Assembly: GCA_964642015.1 (NCBI GenBank)
Contig: CAZXLF010000008.1
Coordinates: 18,705-82,704 of the forward strand
Reading direction: 5' to 3'
From: an uncultured Planctomycetia bacterium
Lineage (GTDB): Bacteria > Omnitrophota > Gorgyraeia > 2-02-FULL-51-18
DNA length: 64,000 bases
DNA letters: not shown here
Below: more model-generated notes on this DNA
Databases searched by the model: none
Seen by the model: the letters and a program-made list of their open reading frames with translations, nothing else
Told to the model about the DNA's origin: nothing
Numbering within the stretch: position 1 is the first letter of the stretch

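Noticed and set aside
20796-63851. Many 60-165 aa ORFs overlapping the giant gene
   Set aside because: Alternate-frame or antisense shadows of a well-supported coding frame.
63989-63991. Track Met as the true start of the giant gene
   Set aside because: The frame stays open to position 64000 and only 9 nt of upstream sequence are visible, so the start is probably outside the window.
20810-64000. NRPS/PKS, MARTX or classical RHS toxin assignment for the giant ORF
   Set aside because: No A/C/KS domains, RTX/MARTX glycine repeats, cysteine protease domain or DPxG RHS core terminus were recognised in the window.

Overview
Every real gene in this window lies on the minus strand. Positions 1-20.5 kb hold ordinary bacterial genes: an FAD oxidoreductase, ApgM-type mutase, NrnA, TfoX, MsrA, a PD-(D/E)XK nuclease, DJ-1, acyl-CoA dehydrogenase, an RlmD-like methyltransferase, GST, hemY-hemH-hemD/E and a GT4, plus an exbB-exbD-TPR-vWA cluster. 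Positions 20.8-64 kb are one uninterrupted giant ORF of at least 14,393 aa, still open at the window edge; this resembles the giant genes of Candidatus Omnitrophota (inference only). The main finding is that the protein is punctuated by 23 G-A-R-L-[A/T/S] pentapeptides plus one GTRLA. They are written with varied synonymous codons and fall between recognisable modules. Those modules are: a six-hairpin glycosidase-like barrel with a YD/RHS-like region, a GT48 (FKS/callose synthase-like) glucan synthase, two Pol-beta-type nucleotidyltransferases, a HIT-like nucleotide-sugar phosphorylase, a UDPGP-type pyrophosphorylase, a fucose-1-P guanylyltransferase-like domain, two paralogous ART/KptA-like domains, glycogen synthase, a SAM methyltransferase, a phosphodiester glycosidase-like domain, glucan phosphorylase, a GHKL-like domain and a GlpX-like FBPase. 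This suggests a bacterial polyprotein processed at a dedicated recognition site into a carbohydrate-metabolism and effector toolkit. All domain calls come from motif recognition by eye; no searches were run.
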